Origin: Eledone cirrhosa | Taxonomy: Eukaryota | Assembly (NCBI GenBank): GCA_964016885.1 | Contig: OZ024758.1 | Span: 23,312,001 to 23,376,000 of the forward strand | Direction: 5' to 3' | Length of the DNA stretch: 64,000 bases | In this document: positions 38,593 through 64,000 of the stretch, piece after piece | Numbering within the stretch: position 1 is the stretch's first letter | Layout of the letters: each line of letters begins with the position of its first letter | The notes under the pieces: generated by a model | Told to the model about the DNA's origin: nothing | The model's input: the letters and a program-made list of their open reading frames with translations, nothing else | The model's database searches: none | Translations under genes and position numbers: made by a program

Positions 38593-39377
38593 CTGTAAAC
38601 AAACCACAAACCCATACCAGCCACCAATATGGAGCAGACAGATATTATCAAGCTGCTGCTGTCAAGACTATGCTTCATCAACTTCGATTCCATTACCTAG
38701 ATGAGGTTGTATACTGTAAGATCCGAAACAAACAGTGACCCCCCAAGATACAACAATGACGATGTGTCCAAGCTTTTGTATCCGTGGATGTCTGAAGAAG
38801 GGCTCGATAAGTTCTTCAGATGTCTGATATGTTTAAAAGACTAACAGTAAATTAAATTTTTGAATAGATTTTTTTTTCTTTTATTATTTCTACTGCAAAC
38901 ATTTCATTCATTATTAAGTAAATAAAATTTCTGAACATTTAAAAAAAAATATTTCTATCACAAACATTTAATTATGGCTATCTTTATTTTTAAGCATTTT
39001 CGGCGTTGCCAAAGAAAGGATTTTTACTCTAATTAAACCTGATCACTTTCTTTTTAATAATTTTTCTACTTTTGGCACAAGGCCAGCAATTACGCCAGTG
39101 CATTACTGGTACTTTATTTTATCGACCCCCGTAAGAATGAAAAGCAAAGTTAACCTTTTTCTTTTCAATATGTTAATCCCTCCCGTTACAAACTCTCCTT
39201 TGACACTACTACGATTATATCAAGTAAAAACAGAAAAATAATCTCCTACTGACAGACTATAACAACTGTAATTGAGAAGTGTCAAGCGTATCTTTCTATC
39301 GTTGTTTTTCTTATAATTTTTAACACATAACGGGATCGAGTGACATAATAATACAATGAAAACATCTCATAGCTTCC

Positions 39378-39424
<47 letters not shown>

Positions 39425-39664
39425 ATAATAAATGTGAAGATTAAAATCCGAAAAGGGCTCGATATATATATAAATAATCCTTATCGAGCCCTTTTCGGAT
39501 TTTAATCTTCACATTTATTATTACTATATATATATAGTAATAATAAATGTATATATAGTAATAATAAATGTATTATTACTATATATATATATATATAGTA
39601 ATAATAAATGTGAAGATTAAAATATATATATATATTTCTCCTGATTAGCTTATTTGCTTTTTAC

Positions 39665-39700
<36 letters not shown>

Positions 39701-40293
39701 GTAAAAAGCAAATAAGCTAATCAGGAGAAATATATATATATAGTAGACCCTGAATTAATATCATTTATTTTCTTATATTTGTAACGAGAACGAGTGACCG
39801 ATTCATACAATGAAAACTAGATTCACAAATATATATATTACGTAAGTATTTATCTCATAACAAACAAACAGCTTAGTAAACAACAATATTTTATATAATT
39901 ATCATTTCTTACATTGGCACAAGACCAAACAGTTAAGAAGTATCCTAGACAGATGTTATTGTTGTTTGGCCTTCAACGTATAGCTTATTCCTGCCGTGAA
40001 CCCTTATCCTTTGGGTGTGATTCATCTCAGGTTATATTATCCAATATGTCCTTCCTTTTTTTAAGACAATAAGGTGTGATTTAAAAGAGAGTTGGCTGTT
40101 GTCTCTAGCAAGTTGAGCGAGCGTTGTCGGATAGATTAAATATTTTTGAAACGTTTCACTCAAAAGAAGTATAGAGGTGGAACTCATCACAGAATTATAA
40201 ACAAGCATTTAGAATTATTAATAAATATTAGTAAAATACAATTAGAAGCGAATAAATAAATAAATAATATTATTTTATATTTCATATTCTTAC

Positions 40294-40400
40294 CTTTCTT
40301 TTTTTTCAATTAAAATCTTAATCGGTCATTCATGCTTAAAACAATCTGCCGTTGAGAGGTGTGAGCACGCAAAATGATCAAACTACTTTGGTGGTTGGTA
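40294..40400 (-). other. Candidate first (non-coding) exon of PNPLA8
   Basis: Strong donor AAG|GTAAGA at 40294/40293 in a repeat-free stretch with retained CpGs; 5' end unknown. Confidence 0.35.
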
Positions 40401-42082
40401 ATCCAAATTTAGTTATGTATATTGTGTAATATTTGGCAGGTTGAAGGCTCTAGAAGGTGTGTCAAAACGGACATGAAGCCAAGTCTAAAATTAACGTTTC
40501 TAAGCTCGTTGTTCATTGGGTAGTCTGCTAAAAATGATATTGTTATTATAAACATGAGGAGATCAACCAAAATTGTCTTGAAGAATAAGTTTCGTTTTCT
40601 GTCTTCATTTTCATCGTTACATAATATCACGCATAAATATATATTTAACAATATAAATACAAAATATTGATGATATTAATTAACGAAAGACGTATTAGAC
40701 ATAAAAGGAAACGGTTATATTCTTTTGTTGAGAGAGAGAGTGTGTGTGTGGTGAAGGTTAATGCGGCTGTTTTTGTTGTTGTATGTGGTTATGAATTTCA
40801 CTTTTTATTTTTGATATTTTTTCTTCTTTTTTTGTAGTTACAGTTGTTTAGTAATTACACATTAAAAAAAAATTGGAAAATAGATATATATATATATAAA
40901 TTATACAATATGTAAAAATAAAAACGTTACAAGTCACGAAGATTTCTGTTAAACACTGTGGAAGGTAAGAAAAGAAAAAGTAATTAATATAAATAAAGAG
41001 TTATGTCCCTTGCTAATAAATAAATATATATATATATACCTTTCATTTTTATATATATAGAGAGAGAGAGAGAGGGGGGAAGGGGGACAGTGAGTTGGTA
41101 GAGATGTTAGCACGTTAGATAGAATGCTTTGTGGTATTTGAATCGGCTCTCTAAGTTCAAATCCCGTCGAGGTCAACTTTGCCTTACATCCATTTGAGGT
41201 CGATAAAAAAAAGGTACCAGTCAAGTACTGGAGTCGATTCTTCCTCTATTCTCGGATCTCGAATAATCTTTCCGCCCCGCTTATCAAATTTTCCTAATCT
41301 ATCTCCGGTGAAATTTTATTTCTAGTGGTAGCATTCCTGCGACAATTGATTTTCTTTATACATTAAAAAAAACATTATACATGAGAAAAAAATACATTAC
41401 TAGAAACCCCATACGTTATAAAATAAATAGGATGGATTGGGGTCTCAATATGTAAACTAAACAATTAATTCTGGTTTTTTGGTGTTGTTGTTTTTCTTTA
41501 ATCAACCGAAACAACGTAGAAAAATGACCGATTTTCCACACACACACCACCCGCTTATTTCAATTCCTCCTTCCTTTTATTCTCTCACTTTCTATCCTTC
41601 TCTAAAGGGAATCTATGAAAAGGAATGGGCTCCGTAAGATTTTTTAAATGCCATAGAAACGCTGTAAGTTAATACGGGACAGCTACCACTCCCTCGGGAG
41701 TTACGGGACCATGTAAGTATGTATATATATATAAATATCTATATATATATATATATATAATCCTGGGTAACCACAGTAAGTAAGGTACTCAATACATAGC
41801 AGAATGTAAATATTTAATATAGAAATGGCTTCTACAGGAGTAGCACTGATTTCCTTAGAATGAAACAGTTCTAGTCTCGTAGAAGCCATTTCTATATAGA
41901 TGTGTGCGTGTGCGTGTACACTCACACATGCATACATTTTCACATAAAAGCGTGGTCGTAAGCACAGCACAACCTTCATATACTGTTCACTTGTACATAC
42001 ATACAATAACCCTTCCCATAATGTCACGGTCTAACACACATATAGACAAACAAACGCATTTTTAAATGCCTCTATTGAAAAT

Positions 42083-42114
<32 letters not shown>

Positions 42115-42735
42115 AATATATATATCGTCATCATTACCAGCTTAAAACTTTAAATATAGGAGACCATCATATTTGTATAAGGGGTCTTCGATTTGGATAA
42201 TATATATCATCATTATTTTAAATGTGAAGACTAAAATCCGAAGAGGGCTCGATAAGGATTATATATTCATATGTATATATAAAAACCCGCTGGAGGTTTA
42301 ACCCTGCGATGGACTGGCGTCCTGTCCAGGGGGGAGTCTTGAACTCTCAGTCGCTTCACGCCATGAAACCGGGATAAGCACCGGCCAAATGAGCCTTCTG
42401 GCTTAAGACAGACTTTAGACTTACGGCCTGCCCGCCCAGCCAGTGGGATGGCGTCATCGTATGGCTAAAACAGCACGTGCTGTGACCAGCGGCATCAAAT
42501 AGTGCCCGACAGACTGGTCGGTCAAGGTGATCAAGGTGATATAAAAACCCGTAGAGCAAATATTTATTATATGTACAGATTAAAGTTTAAGCAAAGAATC
42601 TTCTTTCAGAAGATCCTGTAAGGGGTGAAAGCAGCGATTCTTGCTTAAACTTTAACCTGTACTTATAATAAATATATATATATATATATAGTGATGAAAC
42701 ATAAGTCAATTGCATGAACTCATAATCCTTTATTT

Positions 42736-42791
42736 ACTGCTATATATATTTCGATGATAGCCATTGAATGGCTATGACCTCATCAGGCAGT
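42736..42791 (-). ncRNA. Minimal type-I hammerhead ribozyme motif, intact core
   Basis: Minus strand: ACTGC-CTGATGA-GGTCATAGCCATTCAATGGCTATCATC-GAAA-TATATA-TA-GCAGT, followed by AAATAAA. Confidence 0.8.
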
Positions 42792-44794
42792 TAGTCAGTT
42801 CTTAGATATGCCAGCTCTGTGTTTATAGTGTTGATGGTATCAGAGCCTTGGGACATATGAGCTTGTTAGGAATAATTTAATGTTGTCAGCAGGAATAGTC
42901 TTGATTCTCATTGGTCAGTTTGTAGATGGTAGAGGCAGGTGGTGTTGTAAAGTTCAAACCGTCAGGCAAGATGACAATAGTTCCATATGACTGATTTTCA
43001 CAAAAAGCATTCCTGGTCAGATATATGTCTGTGAATATTTTAATTATTTAAAAATTATTTTTAAGTAAACATGATTTTTAAATTCCGACCTTGCACACTT
43101 GCACCTCTCTAAGACAATGTCACTGGATCAAGATCTTTGGCTCCACGCAGTAATATAGAAGACCCGCCTTCTATACATGCAAAGTTAACCTACAGACAGT
43201 AGACTCCTCCAAACAAAACATACACCCAAACCCACTACCCCTACTCCATCCTAAAAAAAAAAAAATACACAGTCCATGCTGTAAAGTTGTCATGTAGGTA
43301 ACACAGTAAAAAACTCCCAGTCCACACTGTAAATGTGGTTGGTGTTAGGAAGGGCATCCAGCCGTAGAAAACCTGCCAGATAGTCCTATACGAGCGAGAC
43401 ACAGTCACCTAACCAATCTTGCCTCAAATGGGACAATTCCATCTAGCCCATGCTAGTGTGGAAGATAGATTTTTAACGATGATGATAATGATGTTAAGTG
43501 AACCAACAGATTATGGATGGTCTAGTTTCATACTAATATCAAATGAAAGGTTAAATTGTTTTTATCCAGATAGATTGGTAAAATTAACTTTGTATTCCTG
43601 TGTGTATAGGATAATATCCAGCTTTGAATATCTTATGTTTGTTATTAACCCTTTTAATGTTCAAACCGGCCAGAATTCTCTACCTCTTTCTGTTGAAACT
43701 GGTTGTAACTGGTCGCTCAAACTGATGTTAAGGTATTGTTCTCAAAATAAATACTTTCAAAATCTCATAGATTCGATATTATGTGAGATAAAGCCTTTAC
43801 CATGAAAATATAATAGTATATATAGAGTAATGTGAATGGTAAAGGGTTAATTTGGTGATGTTAAGAGCATCTGTAGTGTGTTTGAAGATATATGATTTGG
43901 GTTCTCTTCAGTCTTCTTCTTCTTCTTTACCCACTTATTCCTGAGAGGGTCTTGGGGCAAAGTCCTCAAACACTTCTTCCAGCGGGTCCTGTCAGAAGCA
44001 ACCGTCTCCAACTGATCTGGCTGGATCCCCAAGCAAGATCAGCCAAGCTCATGGACATTATCCAACCGTCTTGCTCGGGGTCTACCTCTGGGTCTCCTGT
44101 GACTGATTTTGCCCTAAAATCTGTTCAGCAATTCTTTCTTGAGACATCCTAACCACATGCATATAGTACCAAACTAAGAAATTATTAACAGTTCTATAAG
44201 AGATTGAAAGGAACCAAACTATGATAGCTTGGGTACTCTTTCAGGTAGGCCTTTACAAAGTTATTCAAACTAACAGAAATTGCAACCAAATCTCTTACAA
44301 ATCATCTACTTTATCCTTTAAAATAACGAAGGACACATTAGACAATGTAGTCTCTTCTATGAAAATAGATAGGATAGACATGGTTGGAAGGCCTTTGATC
44401 AAGCTCTACTTGGTCAGGAATAGCTCAGACTAAGCAACTCCAACCAGTGGTTATGTTATGAAATTCAAAGACATAGAAAGTAAAGTAAAGGCTGAGAGGG
44501 TTTGAATAAAAAAAAGAAATAAAATTGAATTATGTAATACATAGGATCTGTCTGTATGTTGACTTGTCTGCCCCTAACACCATTGTATTTAAATTGATAT
44601 TTACTAATGTGACAAACACAGCTTGAAGAAATACAGCTGCTGTTGCATCATCATCATCATCCATTTTCCACGCTAGCATGGGTTAGACGGTTTTGTTCCA
44701 TTTGAGGCAGGATTGGTCAGAAGACTGTCTCGTTCTTACAGTACTGTACCTGGCAGGTTTACTACGGCTGGATGCCCTTCCTAACACCAACCAC

Positions 44795-45097
44795 ATTTAC
44801 AGTGTGGACTGGGAGCCTTTTTACCATGTCTCCTACACGACCACTTTACAGTGTGGACTGGGAGCCTTTTTACTATGTCTCCTACGTGACCACTTTACAG
44901 TGTGGACTGGGAGCCTTTTTACTGAGTCTCCTACACGACCACTTTACAGTGTGGGCTGGGAGCCTTTTTACCAGCTCTCCTACACAACCACTTTACAGTG
45001 TGAGCTGGGAGCCTTTTTACCGAGTCTCCTACACAACCACTTTACAGTGTGGACTGGGAGCGTTTTGTTGTGTCACCGACACAACCACTTTACAGTG
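44795..45097. repeat. Short array (about 6 copies) of the 48-49-bp SINE-derived unit
   Basis: Repeats of CCACTTTACAGTGTGGACTGGGAGCCTTTTT... Confidence 0.8.
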
Positions 45098-45202
45098 GAC
45101 GGAAATGGAAGAATGGAGTAGGGTGGGGTGGGGTGTATATTGGGTTAAGAGGTGCCTACTGACGGTAGGTTTAAGTTTGTATGCAAGGGAAGGCGGTTCT
45201 TC

Positions 45203-45412
45203 TGTATATATTTGAATATAAGCTGAGGAACATATAACCAAAAAATCGATGGTAAAATAGGGCTGGGTGGTGGTGGTGGTGGTGGTGGTGGCTTATATTC
45301 ACCATCTAAACATATATTGATTAGCTACCTTGACTTCTAAACGGGGTCAGGATATTTTTCCATTTCCCTGACATGAAATAGTGGGGGCAGATTATATTTG
45401 AGTATATATGGT
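45203..45412. mobile_element. pogo-like MITE
   Basis: TIR-like GTATATATTTGAATATAAG / TTATATTTGAGTATATATGGTA; related ends near 60695, 61380 and 61670. Confidence 0.55.
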
Positions 45413-47011
45413 ATATTACTATATTGAGGGAGGAATCAATGGTGTAGAGTTGATCTAAGATGAGTATATCTATAGGCTAGAAGTAACAGTGAGCTAGAAT
45501 TATTAGAGATGAGTTTAATATTACTGTCAAGACTAACATTTATATTGTGAACAATACTGGATTAACCAGAATGTAAGATACATCTTGAAATGTGATGATA
45601 TTTGCATGCATGTATGGTCCTGTATCTCCTGTAGAAGTTATCTAAGTCTAAAGTCTGTCTTAAGCCAGAATGTTCATTAGGCCGGTGCTTATCCCCGGTT
45701 TCGTGACATGGAGCGACTGAGAGTACAAGACTCCCCTCACCCCTGGACAGGATGCCAGTCCATCGCAGAGCTAAACTCCCAGCTATTGCTGGTACTCATT
45801 TTTTGCTGAGTATACAGGAACAACATGAAATGAAGTGTTTTGCTCAAGAACACAACACAGAACCCAGGAATCGAACCCACGACATTATGATCGTAAGTCC
45901 AACACCCTTACCACTATGCCACGGGCCTCCACGTAGGAGTTATAGGAATGCCATAGTGACATACAGCGTTTCTTGGCCATTTTTAAACCTGGTGGTTCCC
46001 AATCCTCTTCAGGTCTGAATACAGCAGATTTCTTCCAGAGAAAGATAAAGAGTGAGAGAATGAAAGTGAGAAAAAGATATAGAGGAATAATCGACCCAGT
46101 ATTTGACTGGTACCTTTTTATCGACCTTGAATGGATGAAAGGCAAAGCTGACCTCAGCAGGATTTGAACTCAGTGAGCAGAGAGCTGGATCAAATATTAC
46201 AAAGCATTCTGGCACATGGCTTAGTGGTTAGAGCATTGGCCTTGCAATCGAAAGGTTGTTAGTTCAATTCTCAGACCGGGTGATGTGTTGTTTCCTTGAG
46301 CAAGACACTTTATTTCACATTGCTCCAGTTTACTCAGCTGTAGAAATGAGATGATAGGGACTGGGGTCCATATCATATCCACTGCAAAGTGGTCGTGCAG
46401 GTGCCACGGCAAAAAAGCACCCAGCACTCACTGTAAATGAGGTTGGTGTTAGGAAGGGCATCCAGCTGTAGAAATCAAGCCAGAATCAGTTCCCGTCCCA
46501 CCCTTGCAAGCAGGGAAAAAGCGGACGTAAAATGAAATGATGATGATGATGATGATTCTATCCAACATTCTAACGACTCTGCCAATTCGCCACTATGATA
46601 GCTATTAAGGCTTAGATCACTAATTTAATGATATACACTACATTAGACTGGTTTTCATGTCCTAAGGTTAGACCAACCAGGCATCTACGTTTTGTTTGGG
46701 GCTTGGTTTCTATGGCTGGATGCTCTTCCTAATGCCAACCACTTTACAGTGAGTACTGTGAGTATTTTAGCATGGCACCCCTACTAACACCCTAAAGGTA
46801 GACTGAGTGTTTGTTTTTTTATCCACCAGCCTGTATTGTGAGCATTTTATTTTTTTTTGTAGTACCAGCATTAACAGCTTACATGGTGGACTTTTTTTTA
46901 TCCAGAGTCAATACACCTAATTCTCAGGTCACTTACTTATAAACAGCTACCACCTGAAAGTCCAATCCATTGAACTCTAAATTTGAACCAGGTGGATTCT
47001 TAGTTCCTCAC

Positions 47012-48210
47012 TATGAGGGTCGACTAAAAAGTTCATAGGTTGACTATGAAGGGGCGATGCTAGAGTGGTGAAATCTTACATGCATTAATTTCAAACTCTT
47101 CTTATTAATGACTGCATGGTTTCTTTCCAGGGACTATGTTGAAAAATAAGTTTCATTTTGTCATTCCATGAGAGTATCTTGGTCGCCTATGAACTTTTCA
47201 ACCGACACTCGACACTTTTTATTAGTAACTGCATTGTTTCTTTGCAGGGATCATATTAAAAAACCGAACCTCATTTGGTCATTCCATGAGAGTCTCTTGG
47301 TCAGCCTATGAACTTTTAAGCTGACCCTCGACACTTTATTAGTAACTGCATTGTTTCTTTGCAGGGATCATGTTAAAAATGGAACCTCATTTGGTCATTC
47401 CATGAGAGTATCTTGGTCGCCTATGAACTTTTCAATCGACACTCAACACTTTTTATTAGTAACTGCATTGCTTCTTTGCAGGGATCATGTTAAAAATGGA
47501 ACCTCATTTGGTCATTCCATGAGAGTATCTTGGTCGCCTATGAACTTTTCAATCGACACTCAACACTTTTTATTAGTAACTGCATTGTTTCTTTGCAGGG
47601 ATCATATTAAAAAACCGAACCTCATTTGGTCATTCCATGAGAGTCTCTTGGTCAGCCTATGAACTTTTAAGCTGACCCACAAATGGGCTTTCTCCACAAA
47701 TGTCCCTCGGAAGTCTCCCCCCTATTGGGGAATTTTTCTTTGTTATTTTATTTCATCCTCTGTTTTTTTACACGCAGAAATGCCCATTTGTACTGTCCTG
47801 TATTGTCCTGTACTGTCCTTAATGTCTACTTTATGTAAACCCTTAAGGTTAATAAAGAAAACATTAGTAACTGCATTGTTTCTTTGCAGGGATCATATTA
47901 AAAAACCGAACCTCATTTGGTCATTCCATGAGAGTCTCTTGGTCAGCCTATGAACTTTTCAATCGACACTCGACACTTTTTATTAGTAACTGCATTGTTT
48001 CTTTGCAGGGATCATGTTAAAAATGGAACTTCATTTTGTCATTCCATGAGAGTATCTTGGTCAGCCTATGAACTTTTCAATCGACACTCGACACTTTTTA
48101 TTAGTAACTGCATTGTTTCTTTGCAGGGATCATATTAAAAAACGAACCCCATTTGGTCATTCCATGAGAGTATCTTGGTCAGCCTATGAACTTTTCAGCT
48201 GACCCTCGTA
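47012..48210. mobile_element. Tc1/mariner-like MITE with internal tandem repeats of about 120 bp
   Basis: TA-TGAGGGTCGACTAAAAAGTTCATAGG ... CCTATGAACTTTTCAGCTGACCCTCG-TA. Confidence 0.75.
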
Positions 48211-49209
48211 TAAGAAACGGAATTGATGAGAGTTTTGTTTAATACTAAAATCCTCTCGTGGCTTTAGAGAAGTCCACAGAAAACTTCTCTAGTGATTTCT
48301 ACTTTGGTACCTGAACAAAACGATAAAAGAATTGGATTCTTGGTGACACAAACCACTTAGGATGAGTAACCTCCCTTGCATTTGTTGCTTTATGAGTTCT
48401 TTTATAAATCAATTTTCCAATGCATCCTGACATTTGTTGAGTAGAGAAGACACATGGCTCATGGCTAAGTGCTTAAAGGAGTGTTTCTCAACCAGTGTTC
48501 CCCAGAACCCTAGGGTTCTTCAAGAGGTCGCTAGGGGTTCCACGAGGAATAGTGGTCAATAAGCTGTTAATAATTGTTGCTACTTTTGGCACAAGGCCAG
48601 CAATTACTCAGTACATTACTGGTACTTTATTTTATCGACCCCCATAAGGATGAAAGGCAAAGTTAACCTCGGCGGGATTTGAACTCAGAATGGAAAGGGC
48701 CGTAACTCTATGCGTCAAAGCGTGGCGTCCGACCCTCTACCGATACTGCTAATCCACCGCAATAAGCTATTGATAATAGTATATAATAATTTTTATGCAG
48801 GGGTTCCCCTGAGACATGAAAACTATTTCAAGGGTTCCACAAGGGTAAAATGGTTGAGAAACACTGGTTTATTTAGAGTGTTGAGCTGACAATTACGAAG
48901 TTGTGAGTTTTCAAGTCCTGTACTGGGAGGCATATGAAAACAGTGGATGTTTTGGCATGAGGTGTCTGAGTTGTATCATCATCATTATCATTTAACATCC
49001 ATCTTACACACTAGCATGGGTTAGACATGTTTGTCCCATTTAGAGGCATGTTGGGTTGGGTTAGGTGACTGTCTCACTCATATAGGACTGTTTCTGGCTG
49101 GATGCCCTTCCTAGCACCAACCACGTTTACAGTGTGCACTGGGTGCTTTTTACCATGTCTTTTACATGACCACTTTAGTGTTGGCTGGATATTTTGTGGT
49201 ACCAACATA

Positions 49210-49243
<34 letters not shown>

Positions 49244-49722
49244 CATGATAATGATATATATATATATATTTGTGTGTATATACATACATCATCATCACCA
49301 TGTATGTCAATGATATTTGTATGCCGACCAATCTTGCCTCAACTGGGACAATCCCATCTAACCTATGCTAGCGTGGAAAATGGACGTTAAACAATGATGA
49401 TGACGATGATTACTGGTACTTTATTTTAACCACCTCGTAAGGATGAAAGGCAAAGTTAACCTTGGCGGGATTTGAACTCTATGCTGCAAAGCATGGCGTC
49501 CGACCCTTTACCAATAATGCCAATCTACCGCCCAATAGTAGAGTTATGTAAATGCTAAAGGGTTGAACTCCCAATCAGAGTTGAAATAGAAAGACAAGAA
49601 AGCTCAAAGTGGTTTTATAAACTGTATAATTTTATAAACAAGAAAAAAAAAAGGAATTCAGCAATGATAGAGAATCTAAGATCAAAGGAGATGAAAAGAT
49701 TGATGTATTGATGAGAGTTAAA

Positions 49723-63371
<13,649 letters not shown>

Positions 63372-63688
63372 TTAACAATGTAAAGTGATTATAGTTGTTT
63401 TTGTTATACAGTTATTTTTTTAAAAGTATTAGTTTGTAGTTATAATATCAAATGTGTTCAGAACAGCGTACCGCCATTAACAGTAGGTTCGCAGTTAATG
63501 TTAATTGAGTTTTCATCATGATGTAAATTTTCCTCTAAGTATTTATCATTTATGTACTAAAACTTAACGAAAAATATTCCTTTTATATATAATTTATCCC
63601 AATATATTATAAAACAAAAAATAAAATACTTTAAATTTCCTCTTATTTTCAAGTCCGTATAGTTGGTCACAGTCAAGAAATGTTCGTC

Positions 63689-63698
63689 GTGACTCAGC
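63689..63698 (+). promoter_or_regulatory. Antioxidant response element (CNC-sMaf/AP-1 site) upstream of PSMA7
   Basis: GTGACTCAGC matches RTGACnnnGC, about 330 bp upstream of the ATG; a second AP-1 site ATGACTCAT lies at 63853-63861. Confidence 0.55.
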
Positions 63699-64000
63699 GA
63701 TGTCAAACGATAATGATCTTTGAATGGCATTAGTTGAAAGCCTGATTTTAAGTTACATTACGTCTAGTTAACACAAGAAATGTTATATCTAATTTTAATT
63801 TACATTTTCGTAAGGTTACATTTTTAAATAGTTATTGTTTAGATGCTATTCAATGACTCATTCGGGACATATTTTTCTTTTCATAATGGAAGGAAATTGG
63901 ATTGTAAGATAAATTATAATTTGTTACTATTCCACAGAGAAACTCACGTGTTTTAATATTGATTATATTTTAAAATAAAAGCTATCATAAAGTAAAATTG

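Noticed and set aside
38695-38745. CTAGATGA..GATCCGAAAC
   Set aside because: Core and helices too degenerate to call.

Overview
AT-rich, repeat-dense animal genomic DNA. The SINE, MITE and microsatellite landscape suggests a coleoid cephalopod such as an octopus, but this is an inference. Three spliced genes can be reconstructed by hand with consistent GT-AG boundaries and phases: EEPD1 (+, 5'-partial, 8 exons, <2..13928), PNPLA8/iPLA2-gamma (-, 7 coding exons, 15969..31415, convergent with EEPD1) and proteasome alpha PSMA7 (-, 6 exons, 49723..63362). Introns and intergenic DNA carry tRNA-derived SINEs, piggyBac-, hAT-, mariner- and pogo-like MITEs, CR1/L2, RTE and CRE LINE 3' ends, and TE-derived minisatellites. 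The main unannotated signal is a set of at least six minimal type-I hammerhead ribozyme motifs from different Penelope-like pLTR families. Several are laid out as TATA-like / ribozyme / AATAAA / (TA)n, and many fold-back palindromes appear to hinge on ribozyme stem II. Also notable: the EEPD1 nuclease active site is degenerate, a 60-bp satellite holds a mirror-image block inside a PNPLA8 intron, and an ARE lies upstream of PSMA7. The long ORFs in the satellites are spurious.
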